Assembly: GCA_964016885.1 (NCBI GenBank)
Contig: OZ024743.1
Coordinates: forward strand, 364,250,001 to 364,314,000
Direction: 5' to 3'
DNA: 64,000 nt
DNA from: Eledone cirrhosa
Lineage: Eukaryota
Shown here: positions 29,335-48,300 of the stretch, piece by piece
Position numbering within the stretch: the first letter of the stretch is position 1
Layout: each line of letters starts with the position of its first letter
Notes under the pieces: generated by a model
Told to the model about the DNA's origin: nothing
Databases searched by the model: none
What the model saw: only the letters and a program-made list of their open reading frames with translations
Program-made: the position numbers and the translations under genes

Positions 29335-31346
29335 TATAGTAATAATAATAAAATTGAAGACTAAAATCCAAAGAGGGCTCGATAAGTAAATATATATCAA
29401 ATATATAAGAACCGAAGAGCAAATATTTATTAAAATAACAGATTAAAGTTTAAGCAAAGAATCGCTGCTTTCACCCTTAACGGGATCTTCTGAAACTAAC
29501 AAAGTCAATCTGTAAACGCAGAACTGGATATTTCAAAAAACGTTGCAACCGGAGGAAGACAGGAAGACGATACTTTGGTTCATGGTGACGTTCGCTGGCA
29601 AAGAACGGGAAAAAACGAATAATACGTCATTAATAGGAGCGGTGAAAAACAATTACGCGCAAAGACAGAACCACGTTTATGGTATAAAAGAGGTCGTAGA
29701 CTAATGTTCTCTAAGTGGTGCATAGAGACGTTCTCTGGCAATGAACGAAAAAACGAAGATAATAAGTCATATGTGGAGCGTGGAGAACAATAGCACGCAA
29801 AGACAAAACCACGTAAATGGTATAGCAGAAGTTGTAGACTAAAATTCTAACTAGGAGACCGAATGAATCTCCGCTACAGAGTTAAGAACAAAATAAATAA
29901 ATACAATACTGAAGTAATAGAAACAAGTAAATACATACGCGCAAACAGATACGTACATACACAAGCATACGCAAAACCATACCATAGGTATACAAAACCA
30001 CGCACACATAAATATGTGTAGTTAGTACTAACTGTAATTGTAGGAATCGGGCTGATTGTCCCCTATCCGGGAAATGCCTCTCTAGTAACATTGTCTACAA
30101 ATGTAAGGTTGTAACACCCACGTCCCGTAGGAGCTACATAGTGTTAACCGCCAATAGTTTCAAGCAGCGTCTTTACATGCATACCCATTCTTTTCGTTAC
30201 CCTCTAAGAAGGAATATGACGTCACTTTCAGCTTATATCTGGAGTCTAAAAGACAACCACACCCAATATAAGTTACACTGGGAGATCCTAGCTAGGGCTA
30301 GATCGTATAACGGAAATAAAAGACCATGTGACCTCTGCGCCGCTAAGGCCCTGGAAATACTCTACGCCACAGACCACATCTTAAACAAAAATCTGAGGCA
30401 ATTTCGGCTTGTAAACATAAATTGCACAAAACTTTCCTGTATTACAGCCCCACGTTATACCCTAACGGATAGCACGATCTATACGTGGATATTTTACGTC
30501 TTGATGTGGGAGCTAAGTATATGTTTTGTTTATTCCTTTACTTATTTGCATAGGTAAGTATATATTACCCGTATGTTTTGTGAAGGTATGTATACCGTCT
30601 CGTACGTATATTTGACTGTTATGGCGTATAATTTTTACATATTCTGGTATTTAGGGTTTGGTTATGTGTATATGGGAGTTTTGCGTCTGCGTGAGTATGC
30701 AGGTTCGTACGTATGGTGGGTGTGTGTATATGTGTGCTTCTTGTTTTAGTTGACTTACGTCTCCGAACCTTCGTGTATTTATTTGTAGGTATGTGTGTGC
30801 GCTTGTTATATACGTATTTATTTACTTATATACGTTTATATAATTATTTATTTATTTGTACACAAGCATACACACATACACATATTTATGTGTGCGTGGT
30901 TTTGTATACCTATGGTAAGGTTTTGCTTATGCTTGTGTATGTACGTATCTGTTTGCGCGTATGTATTTACTTGTTTCTATTACTTCAGTATTGTATTTAT
31001 TTACTTTGTTCTTAACTCTGTAGCGGAGATTCATTCGGTCTCCTGGTTAGAATTTTAGTCTACAACTTCTGCTATACCATTTACGTGGTTTTGTCTTTGC
31101 GTGCTATTGTTCTCCACGCTCCACATATGACTTATTATCTTCGTTTTTTCGTTCATTGCCAGAGAACGTCTCTATGCACCACTTAGAGAACATTAGTCTA
31201 CGACCTCTTTTATACCATAAACGTGGTTCTGTCTTTGCGCGTAATTGTTTTTCACCGCTCCTATTAATGACGTATTATTCGTTTTTTCCCGTTCTTTGCC
31301 AGCGAACGTCACCATGAACCAAAGTATCGTCTTCCTGTCTTCCTCC
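29335..31346 (+). mobile_element. PLE of the 18655 family with long 3'UTR and inverted 5' segment
   Basis: GIY-YIG at about 30020-30470. 29555-30018 is the reverse complement of 30883-31346. Confidence 0.85.
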
Positions 31347-31370
31347 GTGTGTATGTGTGTATATATATAT

Positions 31371-31594
<224 letters not shown>

Positions 31595-31822
31595 AAATCC
31601 TTGTGTATTTATTGAAAGTCGATTTGAAAAAGAAAAATATAATAAATATGAAAGTGAGGCTGGAGGAAGAAGAAGAAAAGGAGAAAAAAATAAATATAAA
31701 AGTATATAAACACACACGCACACACACACACGCAAATATACATATATATATATATACCTATATATACATATACATATATATATATATATATCCATACATA
31801 CACATACACATACACATACACA

Positions 31823-31889
<67 letters not shown>

Positions 31890-33019
31890 GGAAATCAGTA
31901 AAATCGAATCTCTGGCGGTTTGCAAGTAAATTCGGCCTATTTATATGAAATGATGAGTTAGCAAAGCACTCGATAAGATAGGACCTCAGAGTAATAACAT
32001 ACGTTTAAATAGCTTGACAAATCGAACATTGTGGTAGACGAAACTAACACACAATACATACCAAAGTAACGATAGAACTAATCAGGTTGAGAAAAGTACA
32101 CCTGGACAAATCAAACGAACAATCGTTTAAAGTGTTTCTTTGAATCCGAAATCAAATATCAGACTTCCGTGAATGGTAAGTTCATGGTATTGGTGATCGA
32201 ACGGAGGATTCAGTTTATCAACAGGTTTTCGTTCTGCCTAGGACCGGAGTGATAAATTATATGTTGCAGCTCGGATGGCTGCTAATTGGATCTATAGTTA
32301 TCACGTGTTAATTCTATATATATATACATATACATACTCACACATATACATACACATATATACACACATACATACGCACCTATATATATATAGATATACA
32401 TACACCCGCACACACACATATATAATTATAAGAATATATATATATAGTAATAATAATAATATAGTAATAATAATAAATTTGAAGACTAAAATCCTAAGAG
32501 AGCTCGATAAGCATAAATATATATCTAATATATAAGAACCGTAGAGTAAAGTAAATATTTCGAAAAACTTTGCAGCCGAAGGAAGACAGGTACACGATAC
32601 TTTGGTTCGTGGAAATGTTCACTGGTAAAGAACGAAAAGAAACGAAGATAATACATCATTATTTGGCCCGGTGAAAACAATTACACTCAAAAACAAAACC
32701 ACGTTAATGGTATAAATGAAGTCATAGACTAAAATTCTATTTAGGAAACCGAGTGATTCTCGGCTTCAGAGTTAAGAATAAAGTAAATAAATTACAGAGG
32801 TTATTGAAATCAACAATAATTAAAAACATAGATGCACGCATCCATATATGTACATACACATGCATACGCGGAAACACCCGCCATAAAATCAAATATCATC
32901 CTGGGACGATATTTGCGTTCTCATCAGATAAAATAGGGAGACATGATATGAAGCTTGTGAGCAAGGTAGTGTCTAATCTTGCATTGCTTTATTGTGCTAC
33001 AATAAAATTCACCTCCTAC

Positions 33020-33135
<116 letters not shown>

Positions 33136-33767
33136 AATATAAGAAAAAATATAAAAGACAAAAAAGAGAAAATAAAGACTATTATAAAGTTGACAGCGAT
33201 ACAGGAAACAAATAAATGAAAAAACACACGTGGTAAGCAATACACACAAATGCACGTACACATACATACGCAAAATTAAATACATACACACACTCTCACA
33301 CATAAATATACATATACAAATACATAAACACATACATACGCAACCACAAATACATACACACACACACACATATACATATATACACACACATATACATACA
33401 CATATATATATATATATATATACACATACATATATATATATACACACACATACATACATAGCCATACAATTATACACATACAAATACGTACATATCACAA
33501 ACACGCACAAGCAAATACAAACACACATATATATATATATATATATGTGTGTAAAACTCATTCTTAGATAATTCATATTAACCTTATTTAACTCTAAAAT
33601 ATACATATATATATATATATAAAATATATATATATATATATATACACATACACATACATACACATACATACTTACTAACATACACATATATACCTACACA
33701 CACATATATACATACACATACGTATGCATACGTACACACACACACACACACATATACATATATAACT

Positions 33768-33845
<78 letters not shown>

Positions 33846-34059
33846 AAGAACATAAATATTATAAAATAAATATTTTATATATAAAAAAAAAATTTGGGAA
33901 TACGACAAATAATAAATAAAAATATATATTTAGAAAAAGGTATAAATGCCCGTAGCAGGCCTACAGCACTCAACAAGTTCATGGAGCAAAAGATCAATGA
34001 AAATAATCATCAAATCACTATATATAATGATGCACATACATACACCCTTATACATATAT

Positions 34060-34132
<73 letters not shown>

Positions 34133-34295
34133 AATATATATACATACACACACACACACACACAAAAAAAAAGTATTAAGCTCTGTTACCTACATAGAGC
34201 ACTCTTTTTCGACGGAATTACTTCATTTATATATATATATATATATTGTTATGCTTTCGGAGGGTCATGTTGTCAATAAGAAATTCAGAAACGAA

Positions 34296-34433
<138 letters not shown>

Positions 34434-34441
34434 TTAAAAGG

Positions 34442-34516
34442 GGTCTAACGAGCCGCGGATTACAGAGTCAGCTCAGATCGAACCTTGAGCTGATCAGTGG
34501 CGAAACGCGCGTCACC
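34442..34516 (+). ncRNA. Hammerhead ribozyme remnant (G5A)
   Basis: GGU-CUAACGA-GCCGC..UCAGCUCA..UGAGCUGA..GUGGC-GAAAC-GCGC-GUC-ACC, followed by AAUAAA. Confidence 0.65.
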
Positions 34517-34565
34517 AACCAATAAACATAATGAAGGAGTAACCAATCGTCCTTGTTATCTTATT

Positions 34566-37363
<2,798 letters not shown>

Positions 37364-38654
37364 TTCATTTCCTTAAACCCACACACATACATCATATAAT
37401 AATTCCCACAAGTAAATATAAGCATCCACATACATGAAATGAATCTCCATGTATGTATGATGTATGTATGAATTTATGTGTAATTGATTAAAATATGACA
37501 ATGTTCTGTTTGTCCACAGTTTATGTAAGATACTGTTTTCATAAAATTTACCACTTTCATGTTTACTCTGCAAGCTTTATATTATTACATTAGTAATTTT
37601 ACAGCTGTATCGCTATAGGAAATATTTGATGGCAATTATAGTGCTTTTATGTTATTTTTATAGTATATAATGAAGCAGAGTTTATATCTAAAGTTGTGCG
37701 TACATTGTATTATAATTTATCATTTCCCTTAAGATGAATTCATTTATTTAATGTGCATCTGCTTTAAATAGTATATTTTATGCTCTGTAACAATGAATTT
37801 GTTAGTTGTATTGTTAGATCATACTGCCTGGCATCTTATGTAAGTATCGTTTAACATTGCCTCCAGTTGACCCGTGTCTTGTGAGTGAATTTGGGTAGAC
37901 GGAAGCTGTATGGAAGCCCATCGAATGAACTGTACTTGTAATTCATAGGTCCACTCTCGTCACATATTGTACTATGCTTATTTGGCTTGAGAATTACGTT
38001 AAAAGTACACGTGTCTGTGGAACTCTCAACCACGTACACATTAATTCACGAGTTGGAAGTTCAATTGATCAAACAACTGAATACACATCGAAATCGGCGG
38101 AGTATCCTGCAATTGCATTAAAGGCAAATACGAAGATGGGTAAACAGAATAAAGTCGTGTTTTGATTTTAATACCTTTTTAAATCCAAAAAATATAGTGA
38201 TTCTCTCCTGACTGGCAATCAGGTTTCTTGTTTATATAAGAAAGAGAACAAAGTAAGTTATTTCGTTTTGTTTCTTTTAACTTGAAGCTTATTAAAATTA
38301 AATTTATTTTGATAAAGCATAATTCATTTTGTCCATATCCGTAGGCGAATTCGTTTCTGGGTTATTTTCACTTCCTCGGTACAGAATAACAGATTGGTAG
38401 TGTCAGTTTGAGGATTCATGATTTTTTTAAATGTTTTATTTCTTTTTTTGAGAGGAGGGGGGGGGGGGGGGGGGGGCTTAAGTTAAAGGTTGGGAAGAAA
38501 ACGAAAGGAATAGAGAAAGAAGTATAAAAAGAAAAGATAAAGGACAAAGAAAATAAAGAATAGACTATCTTTTTCTTTAATACATGTCATTTTAGTTGTT
38601 TCCAATGACATTATATTTTATATAGCTGCGTATATGTGCGTATGTATGCATATA

Positions 38655-38967
38655 CAGTGTACCCCGGCATTCGCGGAATTTTCCTTAGAACCTAACTAAT
38701 AATTGTTTGTGGATACCGCCGCATATTCTGGAAATCGTAAATATCTCTGCGATTTTTTTAATGGCTTTTTTCATGGTAATACATATTTTTTCACGCTTTT
38801 TAACGCTAAATTATTAATAACAATATACCATATTTGCCGGCCTATATTTTACGTTATGTTTTGGCGTGTATAGGCATTTGTATAGACCTCGTTCAGTATT
38901 CGCGGTTCTTTACTCTTCGCGGGTGTTCTAGGAACGTAACCACAGCGATTACCGGGGGGGAAAACTG
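38655..38967. mobile_element. Probable Tc1/mariner-pogo (Tigger-like) MITE
   Basis: TA|CAGTgtaccccgg ... ccggggggg.aaaaCTG|TA: imperfect terminal inverted repeats with TA flanks. Confidence 0.5.
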
Positions 38968-38981
38968 TATATATATATATA

Positions 38982-39420
38982 GGGAAAAAAGATGAAATCG
39001 AAAATGCAACTGGAGTTGCAAATATATTTATTTGGTTCCTTTACCGGGTTCGCAGTTCTTGTGCTTTTCAAAAGTAGAGTTGAGATAGAGGGTTTGAGGT
39101 TTTTCTCACATCGGGTTGGTGTTCGAATGTTACTTCTGTTTTATATGGAACTGGCGCGAAATGTATTATACTTATTCACATGACAGTCATCAACCAACCA
39201 AATTACTTCTCTAAAAACCTAGCATTTCGAGCCACTTTTTTCCATATAAAACAGAAGTAACATTCGAACACTAACCAGATGTGAGAAAAACCACAAACCC
39301 TCCATTTCAATTCTACTTTTGAAAAGCACAAGAACTGCGAACCCGGCGGTAAAGGAACCAAATAAATATATTTTTTAAAAAAAAGACTCCAGTTGAATTT
39401 TCGATTTCATCTTTTTTCCT
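38982..39420. repeat. About 440-bp imperfect inverted repeat (arms about 185 bp)
   Basis: ggaaaaaagatgaaatcgaaaat... and ...attttcgatttcatcttttttcc. Confidence 0.9.
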
Positions 39421-39477
39421 TATACTTTCACTCGTGTAGGACACCTCGTTTTTTTCATTTTGTAAAAAAAACCTCAA

Positions 39478-41040
<1,563 letters not shown>

Positions 41041-41200
41041 ACATATATATATATATACATAGATACATACATACATACATACATACATACATACATACAT
41101 ACACACATACACACATACAGACATACATACATACATACATACATACATACATACACACATACACACATACACACATACACACATACATACATACATACAT

Positions 41201-41622
41201 ATGGCGACCGTTGTGGTCAGTGTCCGATAATCGGACGTGTGTAATTACGGCTTACATGAAGGCAACATACCATATATTGGAATGTCAGAAAAATACAGGA
41301 GAAGGAGGACATCTACGGACCATTGATGAGGAGCTTACAAATCCAGTATCCAAGATACACCTTTAGCTTCATACCCATCATTATTGGTGCTACGGGTTAT
41401 ATACCAACCCGCTTGGACCAAAGTATGACCGAACTTGGATTTGCGGACAAAAAGCGCAGCTCCCTAATTCATAGTCTACAAATGGCTGCGATAGCTGGCA
41501 CCTTCAAAATATGCAAAACATTCTTGCGATTCAAGGGATGACAATTTCTTTTCTTTTACAACCTTGCCACCAGGAAGGTGGCCGGTCAAAAAAATATACT
41601 CGAAATTAAGAGAAAGAGAAAA
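41201..41622 (+). mobile_element. Internally deleted non-autonomous derivative of the 42113-46336 LINE
   Basis: The first 82 bp equal 42113-42194. The remainder matches about 45996-46336 with two differences seen. (TACA)n on both sides. Confidence 0.92.
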
Positions 41623-41708
41623 CATACATACATACATACATACATACATACATACATACATACATACATACACACATACATACATACATACATACACACA
41701 TACATACA

Positions 41709-41742
<34 letters not shown>

Positions 41743-41951
41743 CATACATACATACATACACACATACACACATACACACATACATACATACATACATACA
41801 TACATACATACATACATACACACACACATACATACATACACACATACATACATACATACATACATACATACACACATACATACATACATACATATATACA
41901 CACACACACATACATACATACATACATACACACATACATACATACATACAT

Positions 41952-41984
<33 letters not shown>

Positions 41985-42112
41985 TACATACATACATACA
42001 CACATACATACATACATACATACATACACACATACATACATACATACATACATACATACATACATACATACATACATACATACATACATACACACACATA
42101 CATACATACATA

Positions 42113-45100
42113 ATGGCGACCGTTGTGGTCAGTGTCCGATAATCGGACGTGTGTAATTACGGCTTACATGAAGGCAACATACCATATATTGGAAAAAGTT
42201 GAGCTACATTACGCGGTAAGATTACATACAATAATTCTACATAAGTGTTTGAACTGTAAGTGTGTTGTAAAACACCTATTTATATGAACGATACATACAC
42301 TTATGATATATGAACGATACATATACTTTAACATATAAATGCAACGTTGTTATATTACATTTATAAAGAAATATAAAAGTAACGTTTTCGATTCAGAAAC
42401 AAAAATATAAGTGTTTGAACTGTGAATGTTGTGAATATGTTGTAGAACACCTATTTATATGAATGATACATAAACTTTAACATATAAATACAGCGTTGTT
42501 ATATTATATTACATTCGTAAAGGAATATACTAAGTAACGGTTCTTTTTGTTCTCGATTCAAACGATTCAAGAACAACGTTTAAAACACAGTTGTAGAATT
42601 AAAAACTAACTGAAAAGAAATATTACCCAAGCTGTGAATAACTTTAAATTTGATTCTGACAGAACTTTGTCGTAACTTTTAAAGAAGATCATCGACTATT
42701 TAAAAAAAATAAATACAAAATATTAGTGAATAGACGAACTCATCATGGCAAAAAGTACAAGTCTCCTTCGACCAAATCGCAATTACAACCGTTGTATACA
42801 GTGGAGCTACAAGCTTAACAAAGAATTATATGAAGCATACAAACAATCTGAACCCCAAAAGTTCGGTTTTATGCAAAGGCTAAAAACTTTATGGAACTCC
42901 AAACACCCAGAATTAGACTTTTCTCCAAAGCATCTAAATGAACAGGCAAAACGTATCATTAGATGTAAATTGATACATCTAACGGAATCGAGTGATACTA
43001 CAAATACAGCCCTTGTAGACAACCACCCCACCTCCACTGACAGACAAAGAGAATGGCCAGCTAAATCTAACAGTGAACAGCTCACCAACAATTTTGCTGA
43101 AATCCATCCCACTTCCACTGAAGAACAGCGAGAAAGGTCAGCTGACTCTAGTAGTAATTGTCACCACAGCAACAACGAGGCTGCAATTCATGACTCTACT
43201 GAACAAACAGAGCACCAAAAACTTGTGGGCACCCTACAAGTGATATGGAACGATATGTTTCAAGAGATACACAGCCTTAATGTGAGTGACAGACCATACA
43301 ACACTAGAGTCAGTAAAGAACCCACTAAATTGGAATTGGAAGCGGTGAACGAAATAGCTGGCAATTATCTGAAGGCTATACGATCTAAAGGTGTAGAAAC
43401 GACATTTGAAACGCTCAATGTTTTGTTATATGTTTCAGCTGTCACATTGCTATCATATAACACACATCTAAAACCACGCAATCAAGATACAAACAGAAAG
43501 CCTGAACCAGCGTGGATGCGAAATTTAAAAACCAAAATTTTGTCCCTGAGACGAAGTATCTCACACATCGCAGTCGTTATGAAATGCAACATAGAGAGAA
43601 ACTTCACACGACACCAGGAAGACCTAAAGAAAAAGTTAGAGAGACGATTTGGAGATACCAAATTTAAAACTTTGAACTCCAAATTACACCAGTTGAAACA
43701 ACAACTCACAGCTACAACAGAAAGACTAAAATATAAGTCAACAGCCCATAAACGACAAGTGCTAAATAGATTGTTTGCCAGAGATCCTAAATCAGTTTAT
43801 CGCAGCTTCGGTGGCAAAAGCTCAATCCCTGTAAACGACACCCCTTCAAAAGAACAGGTTGAGAACTACTGGAGATCTGTATGGGAAACGGATGACGGAT
43901 TCAACAGACAAGCTAATTGGCTAAAACAACTGGAACAGGACTACTGCCAACATGTCCAGACAAAACAATATGACATAGATGGGTCAATACTGGAAACAGC
44001 TCTACAGAAAATGTCGAATAGGAAATCGCCAGGCCCAGACCTCATTACAGGATACTGATTGAAGAATTTCACTTTCTATCGGCAAGATCTCATACGGCTG
44101 TTTACAGAAACCATTAAGGGCACACAAGAACTGCCCAGATGGTTATCAACTGCCACTACTCTCCTCATTCCCAAAAATAGCCAAACCACCCTTGCTAAAA
44201 ATTACCGCCCAATTGCCTGCCAAAACATCATGTATAAATTATATACTGGGTGCCTTAACCTGTTCTTACAGGATCACTGTGCTACCAACAACATCATAAC
44301 ACCTGAGCAAGCTGGTGGAAAGAGGGAGGTGTGGGGTTGCATAGATCACCTACTAACTAACAAAATGATTCAGGAAAAAACAACAAAGAATCGCAGAAAC
44401 ATGACTGTCGTGTGGCTGGACTATCAAAAAGCATTTGATAGTGTACCTCATGGGTGGATTATTAAGGCTTTACAGTTAGCTAAAGTCCCACAACCATTAG
44501 TAGCTGCTGTTGAACGCCTGACCAAGAACTGGTACACCAATTTGATCCTTAGAGGTGAGAAGGAGCAGGTTAAGACTGATAGGATACATTACCAGAAGGG
44601 CATCTTTCAGGGTGATAGTTTGTCAGTACTACTCTTCGTTCTCTCACTGAATCCACTATCTTACCTACTCAGGAAACAAGGTGGACAAAGAAGTGGGCCC
44701 AGAAGTATCTCCCATCTTTTCTTTGTTGATGACCTGAAGTTGTATGGGCCAAATATCAATGACATCAAGAAACAATTGGACCTCATTACACAATTTTCAA
44801 CCGACATCAAAATGAAATTTGGTGAGTCCAAGTGTGCATATTTGGCAGTAAAACGTGGAAGAGCTGTGCCCTCCTCTAGAAATCTAGATATGAACGGCCT
44901 GACAATACAACCTCTGCAGTCAGGTGACAACTACAGATATCTTGGACAGGATGAGAATGTCAGATATGATGGACCCATAAATAAGGAGAGAACCAGAACT
45001 GAATACCTCAGAAGAGTAAAAAAAATATGGTCATCAGAACTGTCAGCATACAACAAATACATTGCCCACAATACCTATGCTGTGCCAATTCTAACGCCAA

Positions 45101-46336
45101 CATTTGGCCTACTGAACTGGTCATTGCAAGAACTAAGTGAGATGGATGTTAGAACTCGAAAACTTCTCAGTGTTACTGGGAACTTTAACATCAATGGTGA
45201 TGTGGATAGGCTATACTTCTCACGCAAGGAAGGTGGCCGGGGTCTAAAATCAATATTAACAACATATGAGACCCGGATAGTAACACTGAAGCAACACCTT
45301 CAACAGAGGAAAAAGGTTGGCGACCATCTTGCTCAGGTTTATGAGCATGAAAAAAGAAATATCATTAGAATAGCGACTGATCTGGAGGAGAGATATGGAA
45401 TAAAGCCTGATATAAATCTCTCACCCAGAGAAATCGAAAGATCCTATTCAATGTTCAAACAAGAAAAAAAAATTGACCAATTTACAGAGAAAGTTGTGCA
45501 TGGATACTTGAGGCGTAAAACACAGACCATAGAGGGGATAAACCACTCAAAAAGCCTGGCATGGAGTTCCGACAAGTTTATGACATCACACCTTGAGGGA
45601 TATCTCTATGCAATACAGGAACAAGAACTCCCTACCAAATATCTGCTGCACAAAAGAGGAGGGCCAGCAGCTGACAATAAATGTAGGCTATGTAAAACAA
45701 AGATCGAGGATGTAAGCCACATTGTTGCCAGCTGCGAAAGAATGTCATCTCGCTACTACCTCCCCATGAGACACGATGGGATAGCTAGAACTATCTGGAA
45801 CGCACTTCGGAAAACAAAATTAACAACAAACGAGGAAGAATATATTGAGACAGATGGCACTAAGGAATACTGGTGGAACCTGAAAATAAAAACTGCCACC
45901 AAATTAAAGCAAAACCGTTCAGATATTGTAGTTTGGGACCACACATTGAAAACGTGTTCTGTTGTGGAGATCAGCTGCCCACTTGATGTAAACGTTGTCA
46001 GAAAAATACAGGAGAAGGAGGACATCTACAGACCATTGATGAGGAGCTTACAAATCCAGTATCCAAGATACACCTTTAGCTTCATACCCATCATTATTGG
46101 TGCTACGGGTTATATACCAACCCGCTTGGACCAAAGTATGACCGAACTTGGATTTGCGGACAAAAAGCGCAGCTCCCTAATTCATAGTCTACAAATGGCT
46201 GCGATAGCTGGCACCTTCAAAATATGCAAAACATTCTTGCGATTCAAGGGATGACAATTTCTTTTCTTTTACAACCTTGCCACCAGGAAGGTGGCCGGTC
46301 AAAAAAAATATACTCGAAATTAAGAGAAAGAGAAAA
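42113..46336 (+). mobile_element. Full-length R4-clade RLE non-LTR retrotransposon in (TACA)n
   Basis: About 630-bp 5'UTR, a single long ORF and a short 3'UTR, with (TACA)n at both ends. Confidence 0.93.
42745..46254 (+). pseudogene. R4-like polyprotein (Myb-like N-terminus, RT, CCHC, RLE) with one in-frame stop
   Basis: The 437-aa and 731-aa ORFs share a frame, separated by TGA at 44056 (GY*LK, where Trp is expected). Motifs NYRPIAC, WLDYQKAFDSV, GIFQGDSLS, FFVDDLKLY, CRLC..HIVASC, RHD, NRSD (usually RPD) and VVEISCP. Confidence 0.92.
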
Positions 46337-46845
46337 CATACATACATACATACATACATACATACATACATACATACATACATACATACATACATACATA
46401 CATACATGTAAACCAGCCACGGGATTCAACATCTATGGTGGACGAGTTGCATGACGTAGAGTGCTTTTCTTACTGACCTCTATAACACGTGATGGATTCT
46501 CTCGAGAGAGAACTTTTCATTTGTAACGGTCATTTCAAAAAGTACTCCTTTCACTTGAAGGGTCACTTGAGAAACCGGTAGCCTCACAGCCCTGGTGCAC
46601 TTTCGTTGCATTACAGCTGCAAACCAATCGGCGATACTGCAGTCGGGACTTTGTAGGAAAAAATAGTTACATTTTGTCTATTTTCTCCTCACATTTATAA
46701 TTTGATAGATAGTTCTGATTAAATTATTTTTTAAATCTTTCAGTCATTGAGCAAAACTAGTCAATGCGGGACACCTCACACATATATACTTATATATCTG
46801 TGTGAGTATCTTATTAAATATATATATATATGTTGTCCCCCAAAA

Positions 46846-46933
<88 letters not shown>

Positions 46934-47376
46934 ATAAGATACACACACAGATACATGTGTGTGGTGTCCCACCTTGACCAGTATATATATATATAGTAAT
47001 AATAATAAATTTGAAGACTAAAATCCAAAGATAAGGATAAATATATATCAGATATATAAGAACCGTAGAGTGATTCTTTGCTTAAACTTTAATCTGTTAT
47101 TTTAATATATATATATATATATATATATGAAAATAGAGAAATTAATGTAAACAAAATGCCAACAATAATTCAGACATATAAGTGACTATACCATCAAGAT
47201 GAAAAAAATATTAATGTAAGATGAGGGAAAGGTAATACAATCTTAATTCAAAACAAATCAAGAAGAGAAACTTTATCCTCAGACTTTGTGTAAGTTGGGG
47301 AAAAAGCAATACAATCTTAATTCAAAATAAAATCAAGAGGAAATACTTAACCATCAATTTTGGGAAAACTACAAAT

Positions 47377-47456
47377 GCACTATATAGTCTTAAAAGACTA
47401 TTTCACGAAACTTTTCAGTGGGGTTAGTCACGGTTGGAATCGATCTTCAGTAGTGC
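47377..47456 (-). ncRNA. Type I hammerhead ribozyme with stable stem III
   Basis: GCACUA-CUGAAGA-U-CGA...UCG-U-GAAA-UAGUCU-UUUA-AGACUA-UA-UAGUGC. Confidence 0.8.
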
Positions 47457-47648
47457 TCCAAACGTTAACCAAATATTCACTGCTAAAATGCTGAAGGGGA
47501 ATTAAAAGCAGGCAAGCGACAGCGTGTAGAAATAAAATAACAAAACACACGTGGACACAAGCTAGTGATGGCTGGATAAGACGAAAAAGCTATTTAAGAA
47601 ACAACAGTCAAAACATTCCGAAAAAACTCAACAAAAATATGGAGTTCA

Positions 47649-47736
<88 letters not shown>

Positions 47737-48124
47737 TAAAGTATAGAAATTATTGTTGGCTTCACAGCCAACAGCATTTCATAATATATAAGTGACTATA
47801 ACGTCAAAATAGGAAAAATAGAGTTAACGTAAGATCTGGGAAAATAATTCAAACTCAATTCAAAAAAAAATCAAGACCTAGATTAATCCATAGAATTATA
47901 TATGAAAAGTAACCACAGAAAAGAAGGGTCTCAAAGCAAATGACCATAATATTAGTCAATCAGTATAAATAACAGTTAAGAAAATCGAGTAAAGTACTCC
48001 TGGAGACAGAAAAAGTGGACCGAGGCACCAACTACGAATTGAACCTCGCACAAAAGGATGGGGATGGTCATCTAAAAAAACAGCGTAATAAGGCTGTTTG
48101 CTTGCAAATGAATTGAATATTATT

Positions 48125-48300
48125 GGATTGGCAGTATCGGTAGAGGGTCGGACGCCATGCTTTGCAGCAAAGAGTTACGGCCCTTTATGGTCTGAGTTCA
48201 AATCCGGCCGAGGTTAACTTTGCCTTTCATCCTTAAGGGGTCGATAAAATAAAGTACCAGTAATACACTACTGGGATAATTGCTGGCCTTGTGCCAAAAG
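48125..48300 (+). mobile_element. Cephalopod-type tRNA-derived SINE
   Basis: B-box gagttcaaatcc followed by actttgcctttcatcc...ggggtcgataaaataaagtaccagt. Confidence 0.65.

Noticed and set aside
44056-44058. TGA in the R4 ORF as programmed readthrough or a two-ORF organisation
   Set aside because: It occupies a normally conserved Trp position, so a TGG>TGA nonsense mutation is simpler.
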